A DNA stretch of 64,000 nt from Scyliorhinus canicula (lineage: Eukaryota): NCBI RefSeq assembly GCF_902713615.1, contig NC_052146.1, forward strand, positions 16,942,938 through 17,006,937, given 5' to 3'. A model generated the notes under the pieces. That model was not told where the DNA came from. It saw nothing but the letters and a program-made list of their open reading frames with translations, and searched no databases. Both the position numbers and the translations under genes were made by a program. Each line of letters starts with the position of its first letter. Position 1 is the first letter of the stretch. Positions 36,031-48,109 of this stretch are shown piece by piece.

Positions 36031-36962
36031 TTTTATGCTGCACCCAGGAGCATCTGGACAAGATAAGGGAGCTGTAAAAAGCAGACTTCCCAAAATAACA
36101 AAAGTCTAGGAACCAGGGAGTTGGAACAAAAGGTACATCTCAGAAAGACAGTTAAGGAAACAAAAAAAAACAAGTTGAACAAGGTCCTGTTACAGATGCT
36201 GCCAGACCTGCTGAGATTTTCCATCATTTTCTCTTTTGGTTTCTGTTCAGAAGAATTCAAGTGAAAGGCAGAGAACATGCTCCGAGTTAAAGAGACAGCT
36301 GCAAGAACCAGAGTTAAAGTGAGAAGCCAGACATTTAGGGAAATTAATCGCCTTAATATAGATTGTGAAGCAGTGGTGTTCTGTTGGCAATGCTGTGTGC
36401 CTTAGAGATTGTGTGGAAGACTGAAGGCACGTGGCAATCCGAGGTAAAGGAATGCTGAAAGGAGAGCAAAATGGGTCTTTGTCGAAGGCACCAGAGATAA
36501 AGTGTTGTGTTTTGTGAGAGTGGAGTTTGGAAAACACTCGTGGAAATTGCAGTTCCAGTGAGTTCAGGTGGCTCACAGTGTGACAAGCTTGTGTGTGGTG
36601 GTGGTAGTGGTGGAGCAAAAGAGTTGTATTGGGTGACATCTACCACTTGGTTTCAGAGTGTGGTGCGTCTGACCACAGTTGGCCTGTGTATTTACCGATA
36701 ATCTTATAAGTACAAGATATATTTTGTAATCAGTGGTATCCTTAAAAATCTGGGTATAAATGTGAAGATATGGGTGAGCTGAAGGAGTATTGTATGAATG
36801 TTCAATAAATGTTTTATTATTTTGTTAAAAGTTAATCGGCAGTCCTGTGACTCTGTCTATCCATGTTGCTTAAAAAAATAAAATAAAAGTTATGATCTAT
36901 TGAGCCAGGGTTCCATTCTGGGACTTTACTGTCCAACAGTAACATCTGCTGGGATCATAATA
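36031..36962 (+). mobile_element. Probable degenerate solo LTR
   Basis: Several AATAAA; ends CTGGGATCATAA; start TTATGCTG resembles TGTTATG. Termini eroded. Confidence 0.4.
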
Positions 36963-37109
36963 TATTCCACAAAGATCACGTATAGAAACTGAATATGACT
37001 CATGAATTAGAAAAGCAAATCCCTGTTTATTGTGCTAAAACATCAAACACGAGAAGCTTGGTGAAAGGATTAAAACCATTGTAAATGCAGTTTAACTTAA
37101 ATCTCTTAC

Positions 37110-37210
37110 CTCAAGTTCCCTTTGCTGTGCTGCTCTCAGCACTGCTACGTTGTGGCTTTTGCAGTTCTGTAGTGCCTCCTTGTGTTTTCTCAGCAGTTCC
37201 TGTTTAAGGG
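37110..37210 (-). CDS. DGCR6: DGCR6 coding exon 3 (101 nt; ALKQELLRKHKEALQNCKSHNVAVLRAAQQRELE)
   Basis: TTTTCCCCTTAAAG| acceptor, GAG|GTAAGA donor, phases consistent. Confidence 0.95.
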
Positions 37211-37804
37211 CTTTAAGGGGAAAAAAAGCACAAATCAAATTTTCTGTAAAGAAAATATTTTATCAAGTAAGATACTGTAAACACTGTAAACGCAGGGTGG
37301 TTATTTCGTATGAACTGTGACGCCATTCTTATAACAGCATACAGAATACACAGCCAAGATCAGCTATTGGGTTGATTTGTGAAGTACATTGGGAGATTTT
37401 ACAACATAAAGGTGCTCTATGATAAATATAAGCTGCTTTTGTTTTGAATTTGCACTAAATAGCCGAAAATTATTTATCTGTGTCGCATGCTCTTCATTCT
37501 CTCCCCATTCTTTCCAAATGGGAGATGCCCCCATGTCTCTGCTGTTACTGCGCTTACACTGGCCATCAACAGGGATATGGCGATGGTCTAGTGAAGGCTG
37601 CTGTGATTGAACATTCCGGTGGCACAGCATGCAGGTAATCCGAAACACTGCCAATATTTTGGTTCCATGATACAACTGTTAAACAATTAAAAATTAGTAA
37701 CAGTAGTGGTTCCTGCACCACTGGCTATTTCTGTCAATAACGTTTACTTGCTGTTTAAGCGGAAACACATTTTAGAACAAGTGCATATCCCTCCTCTCAT
37801 TTGA

Positions 37805-38375
37805 AAGAACAAAAGAAAAGTACAGCACAGGAACAGGCTCTTTCGGCCCTCCATGCTGCCCGTCTAAACTAAAATCTTCTACACTTCCGGGGTCCGTATC
37901 CTTCTATTCCCATCCTATTCATGTATTTGTCAAGATGTCCCTTAAAAGTCACTATCGTCTCTGCTTCCACCACCTCCTCCGGCAGTGAGTTCCAGGCACC
38001 GACTACCCTCTGTGTAAAAAAAAAAACTTACCTCGTACATCTCCTCTAAACCTTGCCCCTCGCACCTTAAACCTATGCCCCATAGTAATTGACCCCTCTA
38101 CCCTGTGAAAAAAATCTGACTATCCACCTTGTCGAAGCCCTACATAATTTTGTAGACCTCTATCAGGTCGCCCCCTCAACCTTCGCTGTTCCAGTGAGAA
38201 CAAACCGAGTTTATTCAACCGCTCCTCATAGCTAATGCCCTCCATACCAGGCAACATCCTGGCAAATCTCTCCTGCACCCTCTCTAAAGCCTCCACATCC
38301 TTCTGGTAGTGTGGCGACCAGAATTGAACACTATAATCCAAGTGTGGCCTAACTAAGGTTCTATACAGCTGTAAC
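37805..38375 (-). mobile_element. CR1 LINE 3' fragment abutting DGCR6 exon 2
   Basis: ORF 38120-38341: YSVQFWSPHYQKDVEALERVQERFARMLPGM. Confidence 0.9.
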
Positions 38376-38420
38376 TGTAAAGTCTAGTTTTTTTATCTGG
38401 GACAGACACAGCAGTCCTAC

Positions 38421-38581
38421 CTCTGTGCTCACTGTGTAATTTCAGACGCTGGTTGTAGAGGTTTTTCTCAGTCAGGTGTTGAATCTCAAGCAAACCCTGA
38501 ACAATCTCAAAGACGGTGCCATCGATCAATGCCAAGGCCAGGTTACTCAGTATGTCATAGGACAAGCGCTGTTGGCATGTG
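38421..38581 (-). CDS. DGCR6: DGCR6 coding exon 2 (161 nt; [54 protein letters not shown])
   Basis: CCCCCATTTTTAG| acceptor, GAG|GTAGGA donor; near-identical to the DGCR6 core [31 protein letters not shown]. Confidence 0.97.
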
Positions 38582-38999
38582 CTAAAAATGGGGGAAAAAA
38601 TACGATTACAAGAAAGCTACCTCTTATCAGTCAGGATCTGTGGAAAGAACAGACACGTTAACAGTAGCTGGCAGAAAGTACATATAAAAAAGGGAATTTT
38701 AGAAAAGGTCAAAGCCAAGAGGTGGGGATGGGAGTGTAGTGGAATGACCTATAAAATGCTTCATGTGAAACGTTAAATAGATAAACTGGTAGTAATGTGA
38801 GACAACGGGAAGTAAATAAAATACATTTCAGAAAATCACAATGTGTGTACTTTCCATTCCTTAACACTGTTCTATTCCTTTTTTAATACCACTCATTTGC
38901 GATTCTTTTCCAGTTCGGATTGGAAAGTTAACTCTTTAATCAAACAAGGAAACACCGGTTGTTCCAGTGTTGCGTAATGAAAAAAAATAACAAAAAGTG

Positions 39000-39420
39000 C
39001 CCCTTTCTAAGAGGGGCACAACTCAAAAATAAAAACTGAAACATAAACAAAGGAAGTTCAGAACCTGAAAATCATATTTCCCTATCCATCAAGCCACCTG
39101 CACTGCCCACCACTCGCAGAAGACCTCAAGTATTACCGACTTACCCCTTCTTCAGGGCCAACCCAGGCATGGACAAAACCACACAAGATAGGCAGGCAGT
39201 CAGAGTGATCATCCCAATGGGCCACATCCAAGCTGTCGATGGCCACTTCTGTTGAACTGTTCCAGGTCCTGACCAGAAATACCCCCCAACTTGCCCAACT
39301 CCCACACTGAGTGGCCAAAGCTCAGGAACGTGGGACTCGAGTGCAGCCAGGCACTGAGGAACATCTCCTTCAATTAATGAAACAGGGCTGCAACCTTTCA
39401 AATTCCATGTTGATGTGGAA
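39000..39420 (-). mobile_element. Old Tx1/L1-like LINE 3' fragment
   Basis: Degenerate ORF end (CLPILCGFVHAWV..E) and a TGCCCCTCTTAGAAAGGGGCA stem-loop tail. Confidence 0.45.
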
Positions 39421-40610
39421 CACAGACTTAATCAGGCCTCAACGGTTACAGGCAGCCCGCAACTTCAAATGTAATCAAAAGTGACTTTAAAATCTGCTTG
39501 ATGGAATTGCTCCATGCATCATTCTCACCAAAGGTACAGGGGCAGCTCCTGAAATTAATTTGCACCTACATCTGAACATTGGAATCAACATCGTTGCGAG
39601 CGAATATAATTCGCGAATATAATTCAATTCAAGGACACCCGTTGAGGATAGGCATGTTAAATGCCTCAATCATTCAAATTATTTCCTGAGGATGCAGCAT
39701 GACCATAATGAAAAACCAATTGCACTTATATCACTCCTTCAACGACCACAGGACGTCCCAAAGTGCTTTACTGCCAATGAAGCGCAGACACTGTTGTTAT
39801 GTAGGAAACACAGCAGCTAATTTGTACACAGCAAGCTCCCAGAATCATCACCGCGTTAAGGACCAGATCAATGTGGTTGATTCTTAACTGCCCCTCAAGG
39901 GCAATTAGGGATGGGCAATAAATGCTGACACAGCCTGCGACGTCCACGTCCTATGAACAAATTTAAAAAAGGACCATCTGTGGTAATGCCGATTGAGGAA
40001 TAAATGTCAGGATACTTTCCCTGCTGTCCGTGTGGAGTTTGCACATTCTCCCCATGTCTGCGTGGGCTTCGCCTCAACCCAAAGATGTACAGGCTAGGTG
40101 GATTGGCCACGCTAAATTGCCCCTTAATTGGAAAAATGAATTGGGTACTCTAAATTTTTTTTTAAAGAAAAAAAAGGATACTTTCCCTCTTTTTCGAAAT
40201 AGTGCCATAAGATCTCTTATGCTAGCCCGAGGATAGACAGGGCCTCAATTTAACATCTCATCTGGCTGATGGCATCGCCAACAGTGCAGTGCTTCCTCAG
40301 TACCACACTGGAGCGTCAACCTTGATTTTTGTGCTCAGGTCCTGAAGCTCAAAATAATTTAGATATATTTACAGAAACAAATGACCAAGTCCCTCCTCTG
40401 TTGGCTGATTTTTAAGGTGAAGCAGCTGAATTTTATCAATCATTTTTTTTAAATTAAAAAAAGTGTGAGGCGTTCAACTACAGATGAAAAGGGAGAGGAA
40501 GGATTTAATTGTATCGTAAAATGTGGTTCATTGTTCCGAGCTTTTCAGCAAGATTGCAGGAATAGCCTATAAATTGAATCTTGGAATGCCTAAATTCAAC
40601 ATTCTACTAC

Positions 40611-40720
40611 CTTGATAAGTCTTTGACCAGGTTCTGCAGCTGAGAGAGAAGATGATAATGCTGTTCCTGCTGCTTAGCGATATCCGCTGGTTCTTCATAC
40701 ACCCCAATGTTTTTATTCAT
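40611..40720 (-). CDS. DGCR6: DGCR6 coding exon 1 (110 nt; MNKNIGVYEEPADIAKQQEQHYHLLSQLQNLVKDLS); exon spans 40611-40795
   Basis: AAGATG start with an in-frame TAA six codons upstream; AAG|GTAGTA donor; TGTTTTAG| acceptor at 40796; QQE.HY.LLS.LQ.LVK.L motif. Confidence 0.93.
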
Positions 40721-41024
40721 CTTCAAAAGGAGGTTTTAATATGAAATCCCCCCAGTAACGAGATACTTGTTCCTTTCAACTGGGATTCTCCTCTCCTAAA
40801 ACAGATTTAATAATCAAATCAAATATGGCTAAAATGCAGAAAATTAAATACTTGTCTGTACAAACATTTGAAGGTAGATATTGATTACTTTTTCATTTAA
40901 TATTACATATTTGCACTCTATTGTTGCCATGATACATAGAACAGAATTTATTTATTCATCCTTCCATTAGTCAGATCTTGTGTAATTACAGAGACCCAGG
41001 AGAGGAACTTACCTTTTATTGGTT

Positions 41025-41830
41025 GACCGGGATGTTGACTGGTATGGAGGGCATTAGCTACGAAGAGAGATTGAATAAATTCGGTTTGCTCTCACTGGAA
41101 CAACGGAGGTCGAGGGGCGACCTGATAGAGGTCTACAAAATTATGAGGGGCATAGACAGAGTGGATAGTCAGAAGCTTTTTCCTAGGGTTGAAGAGTCAA
41201 TTACTAGGGGATGTAGGTTTACGGTGTGAGGGCAAAGTTTAGAGGAGATGCGGGAGGGAAGTTTGTGACAGAGATAGTGGTTGCTCAACTCGTTGCCGGA
41301 GGAGGTGGTGGAAGCAGGTACGAGAGTGACATTTAAGAGGCATCTTGACAAATACATGAATACAGGGGCAGCACGGTAGCATGGTGGTTAGCATAAATGC
41401 TTCACAGCTCCAGGGTCCCAGGTTCGATTCCCGGCTGGGTCACTGTCTGTGCGGAGTCTGCACGTCCTCCCCGTGTGTGCGTGGGTTTCCTCCGGGTGCT
41501 CCGGTTTCCTCCCACAGTCCAAAGATGTGCGGGTTAGGTGGATTGGCCATGCTAAATTGCCCGTAGTGTCCTTAAAAGTAAGGTTGGGGGGGGGGGGGGG
41601 TTGTTGGGCTACGGGTATAGGGTGGATACGTGGGTTTGAGTAGGGTGATCATTGCTCGGCACAACATTGAGGGCCGAGGGGCCTGTGCTGTACTGTTCTA
41701 TGTTCTAATAGGGTCGGAATAGAGGGATATGGACCCCAAAGTGTAGATGGTTTGAGGTTAGATGGGCAGCATGGTCGGCGCAGGTTTGGGGGGCTGAAGG
41801 GCCTGGTCCTGTGCTGTACATTTCTTTGTT
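41025..41830 (+). mobile_element. CR1 3' fragment containing a young V-SINE (41366-41708)
   Basis: GMEGISYEERLNKFGLLSLEQRRSRGDLIEVYKIMRG; AATA repeated around the SINE. Confidence 0.85.
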
Positions 41831-42098
41831 AAAGCACCTGGCTTTCTATTTGTACTAACTTCTATCTGTGTTAAACAGCTAATGAATTAATTATCGAATC
41901 AACAATTTCACCACCACCATTTATGCCACAAGCCAACTGTGCAAAGAGAATTATAGTTGTTCCCCTTGGCTCCCAACTTCTGGAAATTAACATTAAAATA
42001 CAGGATAAAAGTGAATGTTACTGAACTTCACGTCATGGCAGCATTCAATCACCAAGGAAAATTATACACAATAAAGACTGAGAGCAAGATCTACACAT

Positions 42099-43963
42099 CA
42101 GGTTGCCAACTCTGGCTGGACATATCCCTGAAGGGTTCACTACCTGACCTCCTTTGGATTGGATTTGTTTATTGTCACGTGTACAGAGGTACAGTGAAAA
42201 CAAATACATGAATAGGATCGGAATGCATGCAGCTCAAACAGATCATTCCATACATGAAAAGAAAATACATAATAGGGCAAACATAAAATACACATTGTAA
42301 CTACATAACACCGGCATTGGCTGAAGCATACAGGGGTGTAGGTTAATGAGGTCAGTCCATAAGGGGGTCATTTAGGAGTCTGATAACAGCGGGGAAGAAG
42401 CTGTTTTTGAGTCTGTTCGTGCGTAGAACATAGAACATTACAGCACAGTACAGGCCCTTCGGCCCTCGATGTTGCGCCGACCTGTGAAACCACTCTAAAG
42501 CCCATCTACACTATTCCCTTATCATCCATATGTTTGTCCAATGACCATTTGAATGCCCTTAGTGTTGGCGAGTCCACTACTATTGCAGGCAGGGCATTCC
42601 ACACCCTTACTACTCTCTGAGTAAAAAACCTACCTCTGACATCTGTCTACCCTATCTAATCCTCTGATCATCTTGTATGCCTCAATTAAGTCACCTCTTA
42701 ACCTTCTTCTCTTTAACAAAAACAGCCTCAAGTCCCACAGCCTTCCCTCCATACCAGGCAACATCCTAGTAAATCTCCTCTGCACCCTTTCCAATGCTTC
42801 CACGTCCTTCCTATAATGCGGCGACCAGAATTGCACGCAATATTCCAAATGCGGCCGCACCAGAGTTTTGTACAGCTGCAACATGACCTCATGGCTCAGA
42901 AACTCAATTCCTCTACCAATAAAAGCTAACACACCGTACGCCTTCTTAACAACCCTCTCAACCTGGGTGGCAACTTTCAGGGATCTTTGTACATGAGCAC
43001 CGAGATCTCTCTGCTCATCCACACTATCAAGAATCTTACTATTACCCCATTACTCTGTCGTCCTGTTACTCCTTCCAAAATGAATCACCTCACACTTTCC
43101 TGTTAAACTCCATTTGCCACCTCTCAGCCCAGCTCTGCAGCTTATCTATGTCCCTCTGTAACTTGTAACATCCTTCCGCACTGTCCACAACTCCATGTGT
43201 TCCCAGGCTTGTATCTCCTGCCCGATGGAAGAAGTTGAAAGAGTGAGTAAGCCGGGTGGGAGAGGTCTTTGATTACTTTACCCAGAGAGTAGTGGGGGCA
43301 TGGAATGCACTGCCTGTGGTAGTAGTTGAGTCGGAAAATTTATGGACCTTCAAGCGGCTATTGGATAGGTACTTGGATTAGGGTAGAATAAGGGAGTGTA
43401 GGTTAACTTCTTAAGGGCAGCACGGTAGCATTGTGGATAGCACAATTGCTTCACAGCTCCAGGGTCCCAAGTTCGATTTCGACTTGGGTCACTGTCTGTG
43501 TGGAGTCTGCACATCCTCCCCGTGACTGCGTGGGTTTCCTCCGGGTACTCCGGTTTCCTCCCACAGTCCAAAGATGTGCAGGTTGGGTGGATTGGCCATG
43601 ACAAATTGTCCAAAATTCTATGATTAACCTAGGACAAAAGTTCGGCGCAACATCGTGGGCCGAAGGGCCTGTTCTGTGCTGTATTTCTCTATCTATTACG
43701 CTGCCCGCTTTTCCCTGGCAGCGGGAGGTGTAGATGGAGTCAATGGATGGGAGGCAGGATCGTGTGTGTGTGATGGACTGGGCTGTGTACAGGACTCTCT
43801 GAAGTTTCTACCTATCTCCAAACTAATAGCTACAAGTTAATGCGTTTAAAGAATACCTTTTTTAAAGCCAAGGATGTGTTTAGCTCTCTCTCCCTAGTTT
43901 GTTTACAGCAGCCACCCTTTAATTGGCAGAAACTCCAGGGCAATCCAGGAGGGTTGGCAACCC
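42099..43963. mobile_element. Old hAT-like MITE (GGTTGCCAAC TIRs) hosting Rex1-like, CR1 and SINE insertions
   Basis: AGGTTGCCAACTCT at about 42100 and AGGGTTGGCAACCC at 43950-43963. Confidence 0.55.
42425..43195 (-). mobile_element. CR1 LINE 3' fragment
   Basis: ORF 42630-43022: LQLYKTLVRPHLEYCVQFWSPHYRKDVEALERVQRRFTRMLPG. Confidence 0.9.
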
Positions 43964-44199
43964 GGATTCCGGGTTGAAATTGGCGCTGAGGATGGTCAAT
44001 CCGTTCGGTGGCTGGACATAAGATGCCAACTCAACCGAACACGACCCTCCACAGATAACCCGCGTTAAACTCACTCCTCAAACAATACAACAAAAAGAGC
44101 GGGTTATACCGTAAAGAGAAAGCGGACGCTTCTTTCACACAAAACGCTGACTAGTAGTTACATCGACTGTTTTACGTTTAATAAAATTACAAAAAGAAA

Positions 44200-44500
44200 A
44201 CTCCATAGCTAATTCAAATATACCCAGCCCATTTTAAAGCAAATCCTGCGCCAGGCCGCACGGCGAACAACCTGAACCATCGCAGCCTCGCGTCTCCCAG
44301 CCGCTGCCGCCTCCATCTTGAGTGTGGCGTCACAAACGGCTTTGGACCGCGTCTCCTCTCCGCCGCCATCTTGAGCGTGGCGTCGCCAACGGCTGGGTGG
44401 ACGGCGTCTCTCCGCCGCCATTTTGAGAGTGGCGTCTCCAGCGGCTGGGAGGGGACGGCGTCACCCCGCCTCCGCCGCCATCTTGGGTGTGGCGCACTGT
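44200..44500 (-). promoter_or_regulatory. DGCR6: CpG-rich DGCR6 promoter/first non-coding exon region with a 4-copy ~54-bp repeat bearing YY1 motifs
   Basis: CCGCCATCTTG 44363-44373, CCGCCATTTTG 44415-44425, CCGCCATCTTG 44475-44485, and CCTCCATCTTG 44310-44320. The acceptor at 40796 requires an upstream exon. Confidence 0.7.
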
Positions 44501-44649
44501 TAACCTATGTGACTTCTTCAGAGCTTTTTATTCACACGAGGGCAGCAGTTCATTCTCCCTGTGGTGGTCCAGTTAGACATGTTTGAGATAGGGCTGCATG
44601 TTAGCCTAGGTGTTTTGGACAAGGAACCAAGAGCTAGTGTTCAGATGAA

Positions 44650-47530
44650 TAATGTTAGCTCAGGTTATTTTTGGTTGTACAGGTGAACGAGACACGGGTG
44701 CCTTTTGCCCCCCCCCCCCCCCCCAATTTGTGTTGGCAATTGAACCATTGGCCATCGCTTTGAGAAGTTGCAGATAAGTGGAGAGGGATAATGGAGGGGG
44801 GGGGGGGGAGGAGGAGGTTAGGGTTTTGCTTAATGCTGATGATCTTTTGTTATACATTACGGACCTGGTTCCCATGATGGGGAACATAATGGGGCTATTA
44901 AGGTGCTTTCTCCGGGTGCAAATTGAATTTGGGTAAAAACAAATGTTTTCCGGTTGCTCCGTCGGGGAAGAGGGTTAACTTGGGGGCACTGTTGTTTTGT
45001 CTGACGAGCTCTCATTTTAAATATATATTTAGCTGTTTAGCTCACTGGGCTAAATCGCTGGCTTTGAAAGCAGACCAAGGCAAGCCAGCAGCATGGTTCG
45101 TTTCCCGTAACAGCCTCCCCGAACAGGTGCCGGAATGTGGCGACTAGGGGCTTTTCACAGTAACTTCATTTGAAGCCTACTTGTGACAAGCGATTTTCAT
45201 TTCATTTATATATTTTTTTAAATTTAGAGTGCCCAATTCATTTTTTCCAATTAAGGGGTGATTTATTGTGGCTAATCCACCTAGCTAGCCTGCATATCTT
45301 TTTTTTGGTTTGGGGAGGCGAAACCCACGCAAACATGGGGAGAATGTGCAAGCTCCACACGGACAGTGACCCGGGATCGAACCTGGGACCTCGGCGCCAT
45401 GAGGCAACAAGGCTAACCCACTGCGTCACCGTGCTGCCCATCTCATTTTAGATACTTAGGGGTCCAGATGGCTCTGGATTGGGGGCGGCTTCAGAAGTTC
45501 TATTTTACATGTTTCGGGAGAAAGCTTAAGGCAGATTCACAGAGGTCGGACAGTCTCCCCCTGTCTCTTGCTGGGCGAGTGAATGCAATCGATGAAGTGA
45601 ATATTTTGCCACGTTTTTTGTTTTTATTCCAGTGCCTACCAGTTTTTCTACCTAAGTCATCTTTGTGGTATGGAAGGTTTAATCACTTTGTTTTTCTGGG
45701 TGGGTAAGAGGACGAAGCTTCGGAAAAGGGGGACTGACAGTCTGGGGTTTGGCGCTGCTGAATCTGATGTACTAATACTGGGTGGCAAACATGGAGGAGG
45801 TGTTGGGTTGGTGCGGGCATCAGGAGGCAGTCTGGGTGAGGATGGAGGCTAGGTCGTGTCGGGACAGGGCTGCGGGCATGAGTGACGGCTCCGCTGCCGT
45901 TTGCTCCGGGAAAACCATCGGGGAATCCGGTGGTGATAGCCACATTAAAAAGTTGGAGGCAATTACTGCAGCATTTCAGGACGGAGGGGGGGGGGGATCA
46001 AAGATGACTCCTATTAGGGACAATCACATGTTTGAACAAGCTGGATTGGATCCATGTTTAGAATTTGGGAGGAGGAGGTGGCAGTGAAAGGGATTTATTC
46101 CTGGAGGAGCGGTTTGCAAGTCTGAAGGAATTAGCGGAGTACGAGTTAGTGCAGTCGGAGGGGTTCAGATATTTGCAAGTTCGGAATTTTGCTAGGAAGA
46201 TTTTTCCTACCTTCTTGGTGTTGTCATCGTTGGTGGACAGGGTACTGTCATTGGAGGGGGCGGAAGAGGGAAGTACTTTGGGAATTTATGGGAAGATTCT
46301 GGCGGAGGACACAGCGATGCTGGAGGGAACGAAGGCCCAAGTGGGAGAATGTATTGGGGCAGGGACTGGAGGAGTGGATGTGGGGTGAAGCCCTGCGGAG
46401 AGTGAATGCCACCTCATGTGTGCAAGGCTTGGGGTCATACAACTAAAGGGAGTGCATCGGGCACATTTCACAAGAGCGAGGATGAGTCAATTGTTTGAGG
46501 GGGCAAAGAATAGATGTGAACGGCATAGGAGGGGCCCAGTGTTCTGGGATGTCCTAAGCTAGCGAACTTCTGAAGTTCCTTCTTCAGCACCATGTTGCCG
46601 ATCGGACAAAGGGAATTAAATTAATGAAAATCACTTATTGTCACAAGTAGGTTTCAAATTAAGTTACTGTGAAAAGCCCCTAGTCGCCACATTACTGCGC
46701 CTGTTCGGGGGTGTGGGGGGCTGGTACGGGAATTGAACCCACATTGCTGGCCTGCCTTGGTCTGCTTTAAAAGCCAACTATTTAGCCCGCTGTGCTAAAC
46801 CAGCCCCTAAATTGGAGTCCGATCACCTTGAGGCCATTTTGGACCTGCCGAAGCTGCAAATGGGTGTGGGGGTAGATATCTTAGGCTACACCTCGCTGAT
46901 TGCTCACAGGCGGGTTCTGTTGGAGTAGAGGTCCACTTCTCCACCCAGTGCCTCGGTGTGGTTGGGGGATGTCATGGAGTTTATGTACCTTGAGAAAATT
47001 CCCGTACCAGCCTCCCTGAACAGACGCCGGAATGTGGTGACAAAGGGCTTTTCACAGTAACTTCATGGAAGCCTACTTGTGACAATAAGTGATTTTTTAA
47101 AAAATTAAATACTCATTTGTAGTGATGTCATGGTTGTGTTGTAATTCACTGACTAACCACTAGACGTCTCACTAGTATGTAAGTGAATGTTAGAGTCAAG
47201 TGACTCCTCAGACTGACTGGAGGAAGCTGGAGAGAGAGGTTACTTGCGCATGATCTTACTGTTATTCATCTGTTGTTTTGTATATAGTTTACCCACAGTT
47301 AATGTTAAGAAATCGTTTATAGCTTTAGTGTTCTTGTAATATAAATCAGGCCATCCGACAAGAACATTAAAACGTTAAGAGGTTTGATTGGGAAGTTTTA
47401 CAGAAGATGGCAGCCATTTGTCATGTGTTTCAAAGAACTGCTATCCGTCAAAAGCTGGGGGTGGGTGTTGTTTACCCTGTTTTGTATTTTTATATTTCTA
47501 TATTCAAAAATGTTCAATAAAAATATAAAG
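44650..47530 (+). mobile_element. L1/Tx1-clade LINE ORF2 3' half, degenerate, with SINE and LTR insertions
   Basis: ADDLLLYI RT motif near 44830; LPLSLAGRVNAI..NILPRFLFLFQCLPVFLPKS; FRYLQVRNF; AATAAAAA tail near 47520. Confidence 0.85.
47118..47372 (+). mobile_element. Short solo LTR inside the L1/Tx1 fragment
   Basis: TGTAGTG start; imperfect TSD CATT/CGTT; host reading continues across it. Confidence 0.6.
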
Positions 47531-48109
47531 AAAAGAATTGACTATTTCTTCATGACAAAAACAGTCCGACATTTAGTGGCATCCTGCTTTATAGGTGGTT
47601 TGTGATGTCCGCACACGCTCCTGCTTTCCTGTAATTTGTATTTAAGCCCCCCCCCACCCACTCCTCCCATTTAGGTCTTGGAGATGTGATGCATCTTTGC
47701 TCAGGGATCCCATCTGTACCTCGTACTTTAAGACTGAATTTGATCTCTTCTACTCAGTAAATTCCCTCTCTGGTGTTAGCCCGTCTATCCTGTGGGAAGC
47801 CTGTCAGGTTTATGCTGGAGGGCAAATCATTTCTTATACGGTCAACAGAAGGAATTAAATGCTGGAGTGAATGCCGTTGGAAGTAAAATTGGCCGAGCAG
47901 GGAAAGAGTGTGGCAGGAATCCTAATCGTTCATTGCTGAAAGAAATTAATGCAATTCGAACGGCACTGGACTCCTTGTTGACTCAACGTGCTGAGAGGAG
48001 TTTAAAGTTTGCCAAAAAAAATTATATGAGTTCGCAAACAAACCGAGTCGATACCAGGCTTTTTTTTCACTAGGAAGAGGGCTGACTCTAGAGCTCTTAC
48101 CTCTGTGCT

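Noticed and set aside
44209-44421. 70-aa ORF as an N-terminal DGCR6 coding exon
   Set aside because: The ATG exon has an in-frame TAA upstream of 40720, so it cannot extend the protein; at most a uORF.
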